From the human T2T-CHM13v2.0 reference genome, Homo sapiens, in NCBI RefSeq assembly GCF_009914755.1, contig NC_060939.1: DNA of 64,000 nucleotides; one strand, 5' to 3'. This document shows positions 17,067-30,527 of the stretch, in pieces (the first letter of the stretch is position 1; every line of letters begins with the position of its first letter). The notes below the pieces were generated by a model. It did not search any database. It was not told where the DNA came from and saw only the letters and a list, made by a program, of their open reading frames with translations. Made by a program: the position numbers and the translations under genes.

Positions 17067-19605
17067 GGCACAGCTTAAGATGTCTTGTGGGTACCCAGAC
17101 AGGAAGCTGATTCTCTCCTGGCAAGATACAAGCAAAACCCTCGACCCCATGTAATGATTTTGCCCTTTTCCCAAGTTTGGTTCTGACGTCCTTCCACTAC
17201 ATGTTTTCCTTCATGAGGATTTATTTTTTGTCCTGTCAAATGCTGCTCTGCTGCCGTTGTAACCTGATCTCTAGACAAATTCAAAAAATTTAAAGTGATA
17301 AGAGCCAATTATAGCTGCATATGGAGAGTAGAGTGTTCTCTGGTTCCCCCCTCTGTCTTTTGTTTTTGTAATTGAGATTTTAAGGTTTGATTAGCCTGTT
17401 CAACAATGTCTTGGCCTTGAGAATTACAGGGTATTCCACTACTGTGCTCAATGTGCCATTGTTGAAGAAACGCTTGTGAAGATTTACTATAGTAGCCTGG
17501 GCCACTGTCTGTTTTAATCTTTTGTGGGATGTCCATGGCAGCAAAACAAAAAAGTAAATGTCTTTTAATATGAGCAGCTGCCTCACCTGTTTGGCAAGCT
17601 GCCCATACAAAATGAGAAAAGGTATCTATAGTAACATGGACATATGAAAGTTTCCTGAATGAAGGTACATGGGTTACGTCCATTTGCCACAACATATTGT
17701 GGGTTAATCCCCACGGATTAACACCAGTCCCTTCACGTGGCAGTTGTAGTACCTGGCACTGAGGGCAATGTTGCACAATGTCCTTTGCCTGTCTCCAAGT
17801 AATCTGACATTTTTGTTTAAGTCCTGCTGCTAACATGTGTTAGGGAGTGAAAATCTTGGGCATTAGTAAGCACAGTGGAAACTAGCAAATCAGCTTGATA
17901 GTTAGCCCTTACAAGTGGCCCTGGGAGATTAATGTGTCCTCAAATGTGCATAATATAGAAAGGAAAACAGCGATCATGCACTGCCTTTTGTAAAGAAGAA
18001 AACAGCTGATAGAGTTGTTCATCTGCAAGATATTTAGTGAGTGCAGTTTATATGTATTGAGTGGTTTGAACAACATAAGCTGAATCAGAGACAATATTTA
18101 CAGGTTGCTTAAAGTCTTCTAACACAGCTATAACTGCCCGTAATTCAGTCCTCTGTGCTGATTCAAAGTCAGTTTGAATAATTCTGTTTTTAGGTCCAAC
18201 ATAAGCTGCTTTTCCATTGCTAGAGCCATCTGTAAACACAGTCACTGCTCCTTCCAATGGAGTACTATGGGTACTTTTTGGAAGGACCCATGTTGTTAGC
18301 TTTAAAAACTGAAAAATTTTGTTTTTTGGATAATGATTGTCAAGAACTTCAGTGAAGCCAGCTAAATTTATTTGCCAATTGACTGAATTAAGAAAGGCTT
18401 GCTGAATCTGATTTTTATTCATTGAAACTATAATCTTATCTGGATCTGAGCCACAAAGTTTAACAACTCTAAGGCGAGCTTGTCCAATCAAGATTACGAT
18501 CTGGTCCAAGTATACTGTGAGTGTTCTAACAGTATTGTGAGGCAGAAAAGAACATTCAACTAAGTCCTCACTCTGAACTATAACCCCTGTAGGAGAATGG
18601 AAAGTAGGGAACACAATGAACTATAATGGTAAACTTGAGTCTATTCTATTAACCTGGGCCTGTTGTATTTTTTCTTCAATCATTTGTAATTCTTTGGCAG
18701 CCTCAGGAGTCAGTTCTTGTTTACTATTGAGAGCAGGGTCTCCTCTTAAAATAGAGAACAGATTAGACATAGCATAGGTAGGGATTCCCAAAGTAGGTCG
18801 AATCCAATTGATATCCCCTAATAATTTTTGAAAATCCTTTAAAGTTTTCAGAGAGTCTTTTCGAATTTGAACCTTTTGGGGTTTAATTGCCCTTTCCTGA
18901 ACCTGCATTCCCAAATATTGGAAAGGAGTGACCGTTTGAATTTTATCTGGTGCTATGAACAATCCAGCACTGGCTACCACCTCCTGTAAATATGAATAAC
19001 ACTGGATAAGTTGGTCTTGATTTTCGGCTGCACACAATATGTCATCCATATAATGAATGATATACGAATCGGGAAACTGATCTCTCACAGGTTGAGTAGC
19101 CTTCCCCACAAAAGTTTGACAAATAGTAGGACTATTCAACATACCCTGCAGCAGGACTTTCCAATGATATCTGGCTGCTGGTTCCCTGTTGTTTGTTCAT
19201 AGCAGGAATAGTAAAAGCAAATTTCTCAAAATTAGACTCTGCTAGAGGAATATTACAAAAGCAATACTTCAAATCTATAATTATTAATGGCCAGTCTCTA
19301 GGAATCATGGTGAAGGATGGAAGCCCTGGCTGCAGGGACCCCATTGGCTGGATGACTGCACTGACCACTTGTAAGTCGGTTAGCATGTGGCATCTGCCGC
19401 ATTTTTTTATTTATTACAAACACTGGCTAATTCCATGGAGAAAATGTGGGCTCAATGTTTCCTTTGTTTAATTGCTCTTTGACTAATTCCTGTAAGGCCC
19501 CCAATTTTTCCTGAGAAAGCAGCCACTGCTTGACCCAAACAGGATTTTGGGTCTTCCATTTTAAGGGAATAGGATTTGGAGGCTCAACGGTGACTGCCCC
19601 TAAAA
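17000..19605 (-). pseudogene. pol: ERV pol (RT-RNaseH-IN, disrupted; ends approximate)
   Basis: RT IIHYMDD, RNase H FTDGSS/EL/SDS, integrase CPQC, WQMDVTH, KTDSGP; split across frames. Confidence 0.9.
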
Positions 19606-19623
19606 ATGGTAACCTAATCCTGT

Positions 19624-20586
19624 TCAGTCATTTTTTACAGTAACCTGTATGGGTTCAGTAATGCCCATCTCCTGTTTTCCTAGGCCTTTTCCAGGAACAT
19701 AGCCCATGTTTGACATTATTTTTTGACTGGCTTGACCATACCAGGGAGAAGGGATTGAAATTTCTCTGCCCCATTTGTGAAGCAGATCTCTCCCCCATAA
19801 GTTAACAGGAATGGATGTAATTAGAGGTTGTATTGTGCCTTCCTGTTCTTCTGGACCAAGACACGGTAAGATAAAAGTACTTTGGAAAACTTCTGAAGCA
19901 GTTCTGACCCCAACAAGACCCACTGGGGCCTTTTGTTTGGGCCAGTTTTTTGGCCATTGATAAAGAGCTATGATCGACACATCTGCTCCTGTGTCGACCA
20001 GACTCTCAAATTGTTTTCCTTGAATAGTGACCATACAAATAGGACTATTGTCAGAGACTTGATTTACCCAATAGGCAGCCTTGCCTGCTGAATTCGTGCT
20101 TCCAAATCCTCCTGTTCTTTTTTCTGAGCTTTCTCCTAACTTAACATATGGTAAAAGCAACATTTGAGCTATTCTGTCACCTGGATTAGCACTCCAGGGA
20201 ACAGTGGAGGAGATAACAATTTGAATTTCTCCCTGGCAATCAGAGTCCACTACTCCAGTATGTACTTGAATTCCCTTTAAGTTTAAGCTGGACCTTCCCA
20301 GTATAAGTCCCACTGTGACATTTGGCAATGGGCCATAAACTCCCATTGAGACCTTCCTAGGAGGCTCCTCAGGAAGGAGGGATACAGCTTCCGTACAGCA
20401 TAAATCTACTGCCCTGCTTTTAGCTGTGGAGGGGGACAATTGCTGTACATTTGTACAGGGATAGGCTGGGCCAGGAACACTCTGTTTGGAGTCAGGGATG
20501 TCCCATCCTGAATTGGGAATGCCCCATTTTGAATCGGGGCCCAGGGCTGGCCCCTCTGTCTGCTTCCTGGCAAGGGCTGTCCTCTG
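19624..20586 (-). pseudogene. pro: ERV pro: dUTPase-protease-G-patch, frame nearly intact
   Basis: dUTPase motifs AVDL, GRSS, GVVDSD, DRIAQ, RTGGFGST; protease DTGAD and GRDLL; G-patch MGYVPGKGLGK. Confidence 0.9.
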
Positions 20587-22272
20587 TTATCAAACTTTGA
20601 ATGACATTGATTAGACCAGTGTTTTCCTTTTTTACATCTAGGACAGGTCCCTGGTTCCCTGCTTTTTCCTCCTGAGTTTTGCCTTTTTTGGCTCTTTGTA
20701 CATTCTCTTTTTGTATGTCCTATCTGTCCACAATTATATCAAGATCCAGGGAACACTCGTGTGTTTTTTGTTACTCTTAGTCCAGCCATTGCCTGAGCAA
20801 GGAGGATGGCCTTATATAAGTGATCCCTAATGCCACTGCAGGCTTTAATGTATTCACTTAAAGTTTTTTCCTCATTTAGATCTGCCTTTCCCTTAATAGG
20901 TCTAATTGCTGCCTGACATTCTGTATTAGCATTTTCATAAGCAAGCAGTTGAACTTTCCTGGCATGAGAATCCAAAATAGCCTTTGAGCTGTGTCTTGCA
21001 AACGGGCGATAAAATCTGGATGAGGCTCCCTTGGACCCTGTCGAACTGAGTTAAAAGAAGGATAAGTAGTACCAGGGTCATGAATTTTTTCCCAGGCTCT
21101 TGGGCATATACTTCTGAGCTGATCAACAGCCTCATCACCCATTACCATCTGTTGATTTATAGTACCTCATGCCTGTCCGATTCCAAGCAATTGATCAGAT
21201 GTGATATTAATGGGAGGTTGAGCTTGAGCATTTCTGCATGCCTGATTTGTTGCTTCATCTGTACACCAGGCTTTAAATTGCAGAAATGGAGAGGGGGACA
21301 GGGTGGATTGGGCTAATGACTCCCAATCCATAGGTATTAAACACCTGTTATAAGCCACAGATTGTAACAAGGAATGAACATAAGGAGAATTCGGCCCATA
21401 TTGTCCTATTGCTTGCTTTAAGTCTTTTAATATTTTAAAAGGAAATGGCTCCTAGCGTGCTTGGGCATGTTCTCTGGGCTCCTCAGCTGGCGAAATAATT
21501 ACCAGAAACTGCCAAGCATCCAAATCCCTGATTTCTCATCCCTGGCGAATGGATGCCTGGATTGTCCCTGTGCCATAATTTGTATTTGGGCCGGCTTGCA
21601 GCATTCCTTTACTATAATTAACAGGTGGACAAGCCTGGATCATTCCCTCACTGTAATTGGCTGTTGGGCCAGCCTGAAGCTTCCCTTTGCCACAGTTAAT
21701 GGTGGGGCGTGCAACAATGGGAGTGACAAGCCGCATCTCAGGCTCTCATTTCAAAAATTCATAAGGCTGAGGTGGGGGTGGCCATTCCGGACCTTCCCCT
21801 AAAGGCACAGTAGGTGGCACTATTTCTGCAGTAGGTGGAACTGTTTCTTTCATAAGTTTTTGGAGGTTAGCATATATAGCTTCCTGTTTCTTCCCCTTTT
21901 TAAAATTAGACTGTGATGGTTCACTTTGCTGATCATCAGAATCCTGATTATTAAACTTTTCTATGTCATCCTGAAACTCCTTCTCCTCCTCAGCGTGGAA
22001 GGGCTCTAGTGCTGTTTTAATTGCTGACCACACAGACCAAGCGGAGAAAGGAATATCGTGGCCCTCTTGTTGTGCTCGTTTTAAGTCTGATCCAACCTTG
22101 TCCCAATCTTTTACATTCATGGTTCCATATTCCAGGAACCAAGGAGAATACTTTTCTACGAGATGGAACAAAGATGTGAGATTTTGGGTACTCACAATTA
22201 CCCCCCACCACGGCACAATAACTGCCGCACCAGGCTTAAGTAATTAACACACTTACTTTCAGCCTGACCCAT
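20406..22272 (-). pseudogene. gag: ERV gag (disrupted)
   Basis: Myristoylation start MGQAESK at 22272, frameshift near 22200, MA/CA fragments, MHR VRQGPREPHPDFIARL, two CCHC knuckles (first Cys of knuckle 1 is now TGA). Multiple stops and frameshifts. Confidence 0.88.
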
Positions 22273-22422
22273 ATTTTCCTGAGGTTACCCTGGAATTCTC
22301 CAAGTGCCCTACTTACCCATAGAGCCTGAAGTAAAAACGTACTCAGGCATCCTTCATCAGTCGTCCTCCACTTTCCACACTCTGGCGTTTCTTCACTGGA
22401 TTATTTGTAGAGATTATGGGGA

Positions 22423-22440
22423 GCCCCATGTTGGGCGCCA
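22423..22440 (-). promoter_or_regulatory. Primer binding site, tRNA-Lys(CUU) type
   Basis: TGGCGCCCAACATGGGGC, one mismatch to TGGCGCCCAACGTGGGGC. Confidence 0.9.
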
Positions 22441-22442
22441 GA

Positions 22443-23029
22443 TGTTGGGGAAACCAGCCCCACATCACCCAGCGGGTACCCTGAGTCTAGAGGAAACAAA
22501 GGAGTTAGAAAGAGACAGAATAGCGTTTAAAAGGCGGGTCCAGGGGACTGGAGCATCGGAGGCTTGCTCACAGCCCAGAGCTCTCGGGCTCTGCCCCAAT
22601 TTATCGGTTTACAAGCTCTTTGTTCTTAGGGCAGATGGGAGGGGGAGGAAGGGATGAGGAAAAGGATTAATCAGTGAAGGAGAACTCATGAGTCATTCGA
22701 TAAGATGTATAGCAGTGGCGGTTTCTGTGAATTTCCTTGAACAAAGGCGTGTGTCTAAACTACTTAAGATCTTGAACTTATCGGGACTGAAATGGGTTGG
22801 AGCAGGTTTCAGGAGGAGCCAAGATGTTTGATTATACTCCACTGCTTCAAGGGAGTGTTATCTCCCTGAGCAACCTGTGGAATGCCACTGAGCAGTTATG
22901 CTCTTCGGGCATAAAGACATGAAGGCAATAAGGAGACTTTTCTCCTCAGAGGCCGCCCATGGCTTCCCATGTGTGTCTCACACAGGGGAGTCCAACTCAA
23001 CTGGCACCTCAGAAACTCTCTTTCTCACA
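22443..23029 (-). repeat. 5' LTR (LTR14C-like)
   Basis: On - strand TGTGAGAAAG...CCCCAACA, directly followed by the PBS. Confidence 0.92.
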
Positions 23030-23115
23030 GGTCTCGAACTCTTGACCTCAGGTGATCCACCTTCCTAGGCCTCCCAAAGTGTTGGTATTACAGGTGTGAG
23101 CCACCACGCCCAGCT
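23030..23115 (-). mobile_element. AluS, remainder right of the provirus
   Basis: Resumes GGTCTCGAACTCTTGACCTCAGG... Confidence 0.88.
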
Positions 23116-23907
23116 AAAACAGGTATTTTAATACATCCCTTATACATTAAATTATGTTAAAGAAGGTAGAGGAAGTAATGAGCTTGATGGAGATATGAAT
23201 GAAAGACATAAAAAGAGATTTGAAATAGAACTCTGGGCCAGGTGTGGTGGCTCATGCCTATAATTCTAGCACTTTGGGAGGCTGAGGTGGGTGGATTGTC
23301 TCAGCTCAGGAGTCCGAGTCCAGCCTGGGCAACATAGTGAAACCCCGTCTCTAAAAATACAAAAAATTAGCTGGGCATGGCAGTGTGTGCCTGTAATCCC
23401 AGCTACTTGGGAGGCTGAGACAAGAGAATCACTTGAATCCGCAGGCAAAGGTTGCAGTGAGCCGAGATCATGCCATTACACTCTAGCCTGGCCGACAGAG
23501 TGAGACTCCACCTCAAAAAAAAAAAAAAGAAAGAAAAAAAGAAATAGAACCTCTGAATATGAAAAATACAACATCTGAAATGAAAAGTACACTGGATAGG
23601 ATTAATAGCAGCTTAGACATGGTAGAAGAAAAATCAAACTGAAAGATACAGAGAAAAAAAGACTGGAAGAAAAAGCGAGAACACCATATTAGAGATTCAT
23701 GAAATATCATTAAGTGGCCTGGTGTACATTTAATTTGAGTCTCAGAAAGAAGAGATAAAAGGGGAAGATAGAACTCCTAGGGTCAAACAATCCTCCCACC
23801 TCAGCCTCCAAAGTAGCTGAGAATATAGATGTGCACCATGACACTGGGATTTGACTTGTTTTTAAGTTCACTGATTCTCTTCTTAGTTAAGCTGAGTCTG
23901 CCAATAA

Positions 23908-24132
<225 letters not shown>

Positions 24133-24901
24133 TAAGTAGCTGAGGCTATAGGTACGTGCCACCATGCCTGGCTAATTTTTGTGTAGTTTTAGTAGAGGTG
24201 AGCTTTCACCATGTTGGCCAGGCTGATCTCAAACTCCTGACCTCTAGTGATCTGCCTGCCTCGGCCTCCTAAAGTATTGGGATTGCAGGCATGAGCCATG
24301 TCGCCCAGTCAGTCCTCATCTCTTTATGCATGTTTTCCTCCTTTTCCACTACAGCCTTTAACATGTTAATCTTAATTATTTTAAATTCTCCATATAATAA
24401 GTGGATTATTTTAAAGGTCTTCATCTTCATTGTCTTCACATCAAATAGGCTGAGGAGGAGAACGAAGGGGAGGGGTTGGTCTTGCTATCTGAGGAGCGGC
24501 AGAGGCAGAAGAAAATCTGCATGTAAGCAGACCCACACAATTCAAATCCGTGCTGTTCAAGGGTCAACTGTAGTTGGAAGCTATGATGATGGTTTTAGTG
24601 TATACTTTTAGTAGAATGATGTAGTTAATTTTGTATAATTAACTGCATTTGTGAGTCTTTAAACTTAAAAATGATAAGGAAAACTATCTCCTTAGTTTTA
24701 AAGTTGCTTTAACAGGCAGGGCAAGGTGGCTTACACCTGCAATCCCAGCACTTTGGGAGGCCAAGGTGGGTGTTCAGGAGTTCAAGACCAGCCTTGAGGT
24801 CAGGAGTTCAAGATCAGCCTGGCCAATATGGCGAAACCCCATCTCTACTAAAAATACAAAAATTAGCTGGGTGTGGTGGTGGGTGCCTGTAATCCCAGCT
24901 A

Positions 24902-25006
<105 letters not shown>

Positions 25007-25284
25007 TCAAATAAATAAAAATAAATAAATAAAGTTGCTTTAACAGTTTATAAAAATAAAAATCACCTACTTTTTCAGTTAAAAATAAATCTTCCCACGT
25101 AACAGTCATAACATATGGATTATATCTGATTCCGGTTGGTCATTGCATTATCTCTTGATAGTGTGGTTTTTGTTTGTTTTTCCTTTTTTGTCATAAGTAT
25201 TTTGGTTGTAGGCCAGACATCTTGTGTAGAACAGTAGAGACTGGGATAAATTGCTTTTATGCCAGAAAATGGGCATATGCTTTT

Positions 25285-25965
25285 GTGTCAGTCCATTCTT
25301 GCATTGCTATGGAGAAATACCTGAGAGTGGGTAATTTATAAAGAGAAGAGGTTTAATTGGCTCATGGTTCCGAAGCTTGTACAGGAAGCATGATGTTAGC
25401 CATCTGTTCAGCTTCTAAGTAGGCCTCAGGAAACTTACAATCATGGCAGAAGGCAAAGGGGAAGCAGGCTCATCTTACATGGCCAGAGCAGGAGAAAGAG
25501 AGAGAGGGGGAGGTGCTGCACACCAGATCTCATGAGAATTCACTCACATACAGTACCAAGGGAAGATGGTGCTAAACCATTCATGAGAACTCTGTCCTCA
25601 CGAGCCAATCACCCCCAACCATGCCCCACCTCTAGCTTTGAGGATTATATATATATTTTTTGAGACAGAGTTTCACTCTGTCACCCAGGCTGGAGTTCAG
25701 TGGCTCGATCTTGGCCTACTGCAACCTCCGCCTCCTGGGTTCAAGCAATTCTCCTGCCTCAGCCACCATGCCCAGCTAATTTTTGTATTTTTAGTAGAGA
25801 CAGGTTTTGCTATGTTGGCCAGACTGGTCTCGAACTCCTGACCTCAAGTGATCCTCCCGCCTCAGCCTCCCAAAGTGTTGGGATTACAGGTGTGAGCCAC
25901 TGAGCCTGGCCTGGGGATAACATTTCAACATGAGATTTGGGTGGGGACACAGATCCAAATCATAC
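25285..25965 (-). mobile_element. MSTA-like MaLR LTR interrupted by an Alu (~25655-25911)
   Basis: GTCCATTCTTGCATTGCTAT...CAACATGAGATTTGGGTGGGGACACAGATCCAAA. Confidence 0.7.
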
Positions 25966-27121
25966 TAGTTTTTTTTTTTTTTTTTTTTTTAAGACAGGGT
26001 CTTGCTCTATCACCCAGTCTGGAGTGCAGTGGTACAAACCTGGCTCACTGCAGCCTGGAATTCCTGGGCTCAAAGGATTTTCCCGCTTCAACCTCCTGAG
26101 TAGCTAGTACTACAGGCATATGGCACCATGCCTGGCAAATGTTAGCCTTTTTTTTCTTTTTGTAGAAACAGGGTCTCACTATATTGCCCAGGTTGGTCTC
26201 AAACTCCTGCCCTCGAGTGATACTCCTGCCTCAGTTTCCCAAAGCACTAAGATTACAGGTTTGAGCTACCATGCTCAGCTAGGCGTGTGCTTTCTTTAGC
26301 TAAATCCTTAGTGTTTGGGGTTGAGTCGATCTAGTGAAAAGTTGAGCTGGATTTGTTGAATTGAGTTGGTGGCTTGTATGAAGATTTTTCTCAATAACTG
26401 CTTGAGCTTCAGCTTTAAGTCTTTTCTTTGCACCTATGCCTTAGAGAAGGCCCTCTCCACACATTCCCCCGCCCGCTTTACAGAAGTAAATGCCTGTTAC
26501 TTTCTACTCAACTCTTGCTATCCTGGTGTGGAAAAGGAGAGTGCCCTCTGTTTTACAGGCTCATCCTCAATCTTACACAGGTGTTATGTCCCTGGGTCTT
26601 GAAGGTGGGGCATTATCAGCAATCGTCCCTCCATCAGCAATAGGAAATCTCTAATGGCCTTGGTCCAGGGCAGTTTTCTGCCTCTCTTTCAGAGGTAGAA
26701 ATTTTTTTTTCTGTTCACTTCTCTCAGCAATGAGTCTTCACCTGTGGCCCAAGGGTGGCAAATTTTTTTCCCCTCTCCCAGTGATCCAAGGCAGTTTTGC
26801 AGGGGAGATAGATGAGAACAATCCAGGTAGAGCTTTGTGTCTTTCCTGCAGTGATAGCTGCTCACCTTTCCCAGGCCTGCACCATGAGGGGAACTTTCCC
26901 AAGTCTCCTGTTTTGCCCATGGTCTTTCTTCTTTTTTTTTTTCAACTTGCATTGCCTCTGACCCAAGTCAGTAGCAACCTTTATTACTTATAAAGATTTT
27001 TAAACATTTCCATTGTATTTACAACACAAATTTTAGGCAACACACTCCTATGAATGTGATGGTTTTAATGGTTAATACCTATCCAAGTAAAAAAATTATG
27101 CTTTAATGTGGAAAGAATTTT

Positions 27122-28420
<1,299 letters not shown>

Positions 28421-30527
28421 GAGCTCAACTCTCTTGGGCTTCTCTCAAGGATTGTAGACTTCTCAAGTCCTGCTGCTACTGGTTGCTCTGCAATGCCTTC
28501 AAACTTATTTTATATATTTTGTCCAGTCTTTTTAGTTGTTTTCAACAGGAGGGTGAGTTAAATGCCAGCTACTCTATTAAGACCAAAATTTTAAGTCCCT
28601 ATACTCTCCCTAGTTCTGCCTGCTTCTACCAGTAATTGAAGGAGATATAAAAGCAGAAAGGATAAAACCATCTATTACTTACATCGTATTTATTTCCCAG
28701 ATGGGTTTTGGCAGGCCACCTCATTTTCCAGGAGTAACCTCTAGGCTTTAGGAGAGTTACAACCTTTAGGACAGTTGTAAGTTTCAACTTCCACAGAAAT
28801 GACCAGAGCTAGCCTCTCATCCTGGCTCTCCCCTAACTAACTGTATGACTTTAGGCAAATTCCTCATCTTCTTTGAGTCTATTTTTTTTTCTTTTGATCT
28901 AAAATAGGATTAGTAGCTAACTTGCTTACCTTACAGGAATATTACAAGGATAGTGAAAGTATAGAAAAATCTTTTGAAAGACTATAAAATGCTGTAGAAA
29001 CAGAGGATCTCTTATTTATGTTTAACCTTGCAGCCCAGAAATAGCTTAGAACTGGGAGTAAGGGACTCAGGATATAGAATTGGCTTAGTCACTAACTAAG
29101 GTTTTGACTCTGGGTAAATCACTTTATTCTTCCTGATCTGTAATATGAGAAAGTTCATCCATCAAACTATATGTGATAAGGCAAAAAACAAACAATGGGG
29201 CCCAAGTCAGTTAATCAAGGGGAGGTACCTGCTAGGTTAAATCTTTTCCTCTTGGCAGTTGGGTTATGTCAATATTTGTGTTTAAAAAAAATCCGGATCC
29301 CTTGAGAAAGTGAGAGGAGTACTATGGCCTGCACTTAGAAGATGAAGATATGGGTTTTTACATCTTCTATAAGGAAAGAAAAAGGGAAGTGGGAGGGTGA
29401 GAGAAGACAGAGGTGTGATCACTGGCATCATTTCACCTGAACAGAATACTAGGATCTGTGCCTATCATTATGCTTGGACTTAGCCCCGGAAGTGGCAATT
29501 ATTTAAGGTAAAAACTGTTGGGGCGTGGTGACTGGAGCCTGTATCCCAACACTTTGGGAGGCCTAGGTGGGAAGATTGCTTGAGGCCAGGAGTTCGAAAC
29601 CAGCCTGGGCAATACAGTGAGAATCCTGGGTCTACCGAATAAAAATTTAAAAATTTAAAAATTAGCTGGATGTGGTGGCACACACCTATAGTCCTAGCTC
29701 CTCAGGAGGCTGAGGCGGGAGGACCACTTGAGCCCAGGAGTTTCAGGCTGCAGTAAGCTATGATCTCACCACTGAACTCCAGCCTGGATGACAAAGCAAG
29801 ACCCTGTCTCTAAAATAAATACATACATATGTACACAAATAAGGTAAAAATAAAAAAAAGATATAAGATATATATCCTTTTGTAATCTTATATATTTTTT
29901 ATACATTCTATCTTATACATATATCTTATATATATAAGATTTACAGGTATATATGTATTTAAAAATATACAAAAAGATATAAGATACATGTATAAGATAG
30001 AATGAGCAAGAGACACTTCACAGTCATATTGACATATAGGACAATAGCTTGAAAATATCTGTAAGCAGGTTCACTTTCAACACTGGTGTCTTATTTTCCT
30101 GAATTAATATAAGATCTTACAACAGTGCTCCACAATTGCAAAGTCATGTAATATTTTTCCAAGTTCTTTCTTCTGTATTAAATTACTTAATTTTCATGAT
30201 AATCTTATGAGATAGGATTAGGCAGGGTGGGAAAGATGGAAGAGGCCCAGAAAGGTAAAGTGAGTTGCTCTCGATCCAGAATACAACACACATCTACTCT
30301 GTGAGGGATTCTGTGTACGTCTGCGCACATACACATGCAGAACTGGGGAAACAGAAATATGTCCTTACTTTGGTGATTGGAATCCGCATCTACATACCAA
30401 ATAATCTAAGCCAGAATCTGTGGTGGTGATGTTGTTTTCACATATTTTACAAATATTTATTGATTGCCTAATAATATTGTGGTGGGCCTTGAGCCTAGGG
30501 ATACAGTGAAGAACAAGATAGAGAACC

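Larger units (their letters stand above)
14435..23029 (-). mobile_element. Full-length HERV-K (betaretrovirus-like) provirus, most likely HERV-K14C / HML-9 with LTR14C
   Basis: Two ~587-bp LTRs (TG...CA), 6-bp TSD GGTCTC (14429-14434, 23030-23035), Lys PBS, PPT, and gag-pro(dUTPase)-pol-env order. Subgroup assigned from recollection of LTR14C sequence and length. Confidence 0.93.

Noticed and set aside
24774-24820. Internal duplication within an Alu
   Set aside because: Local mutation with no functional sign.
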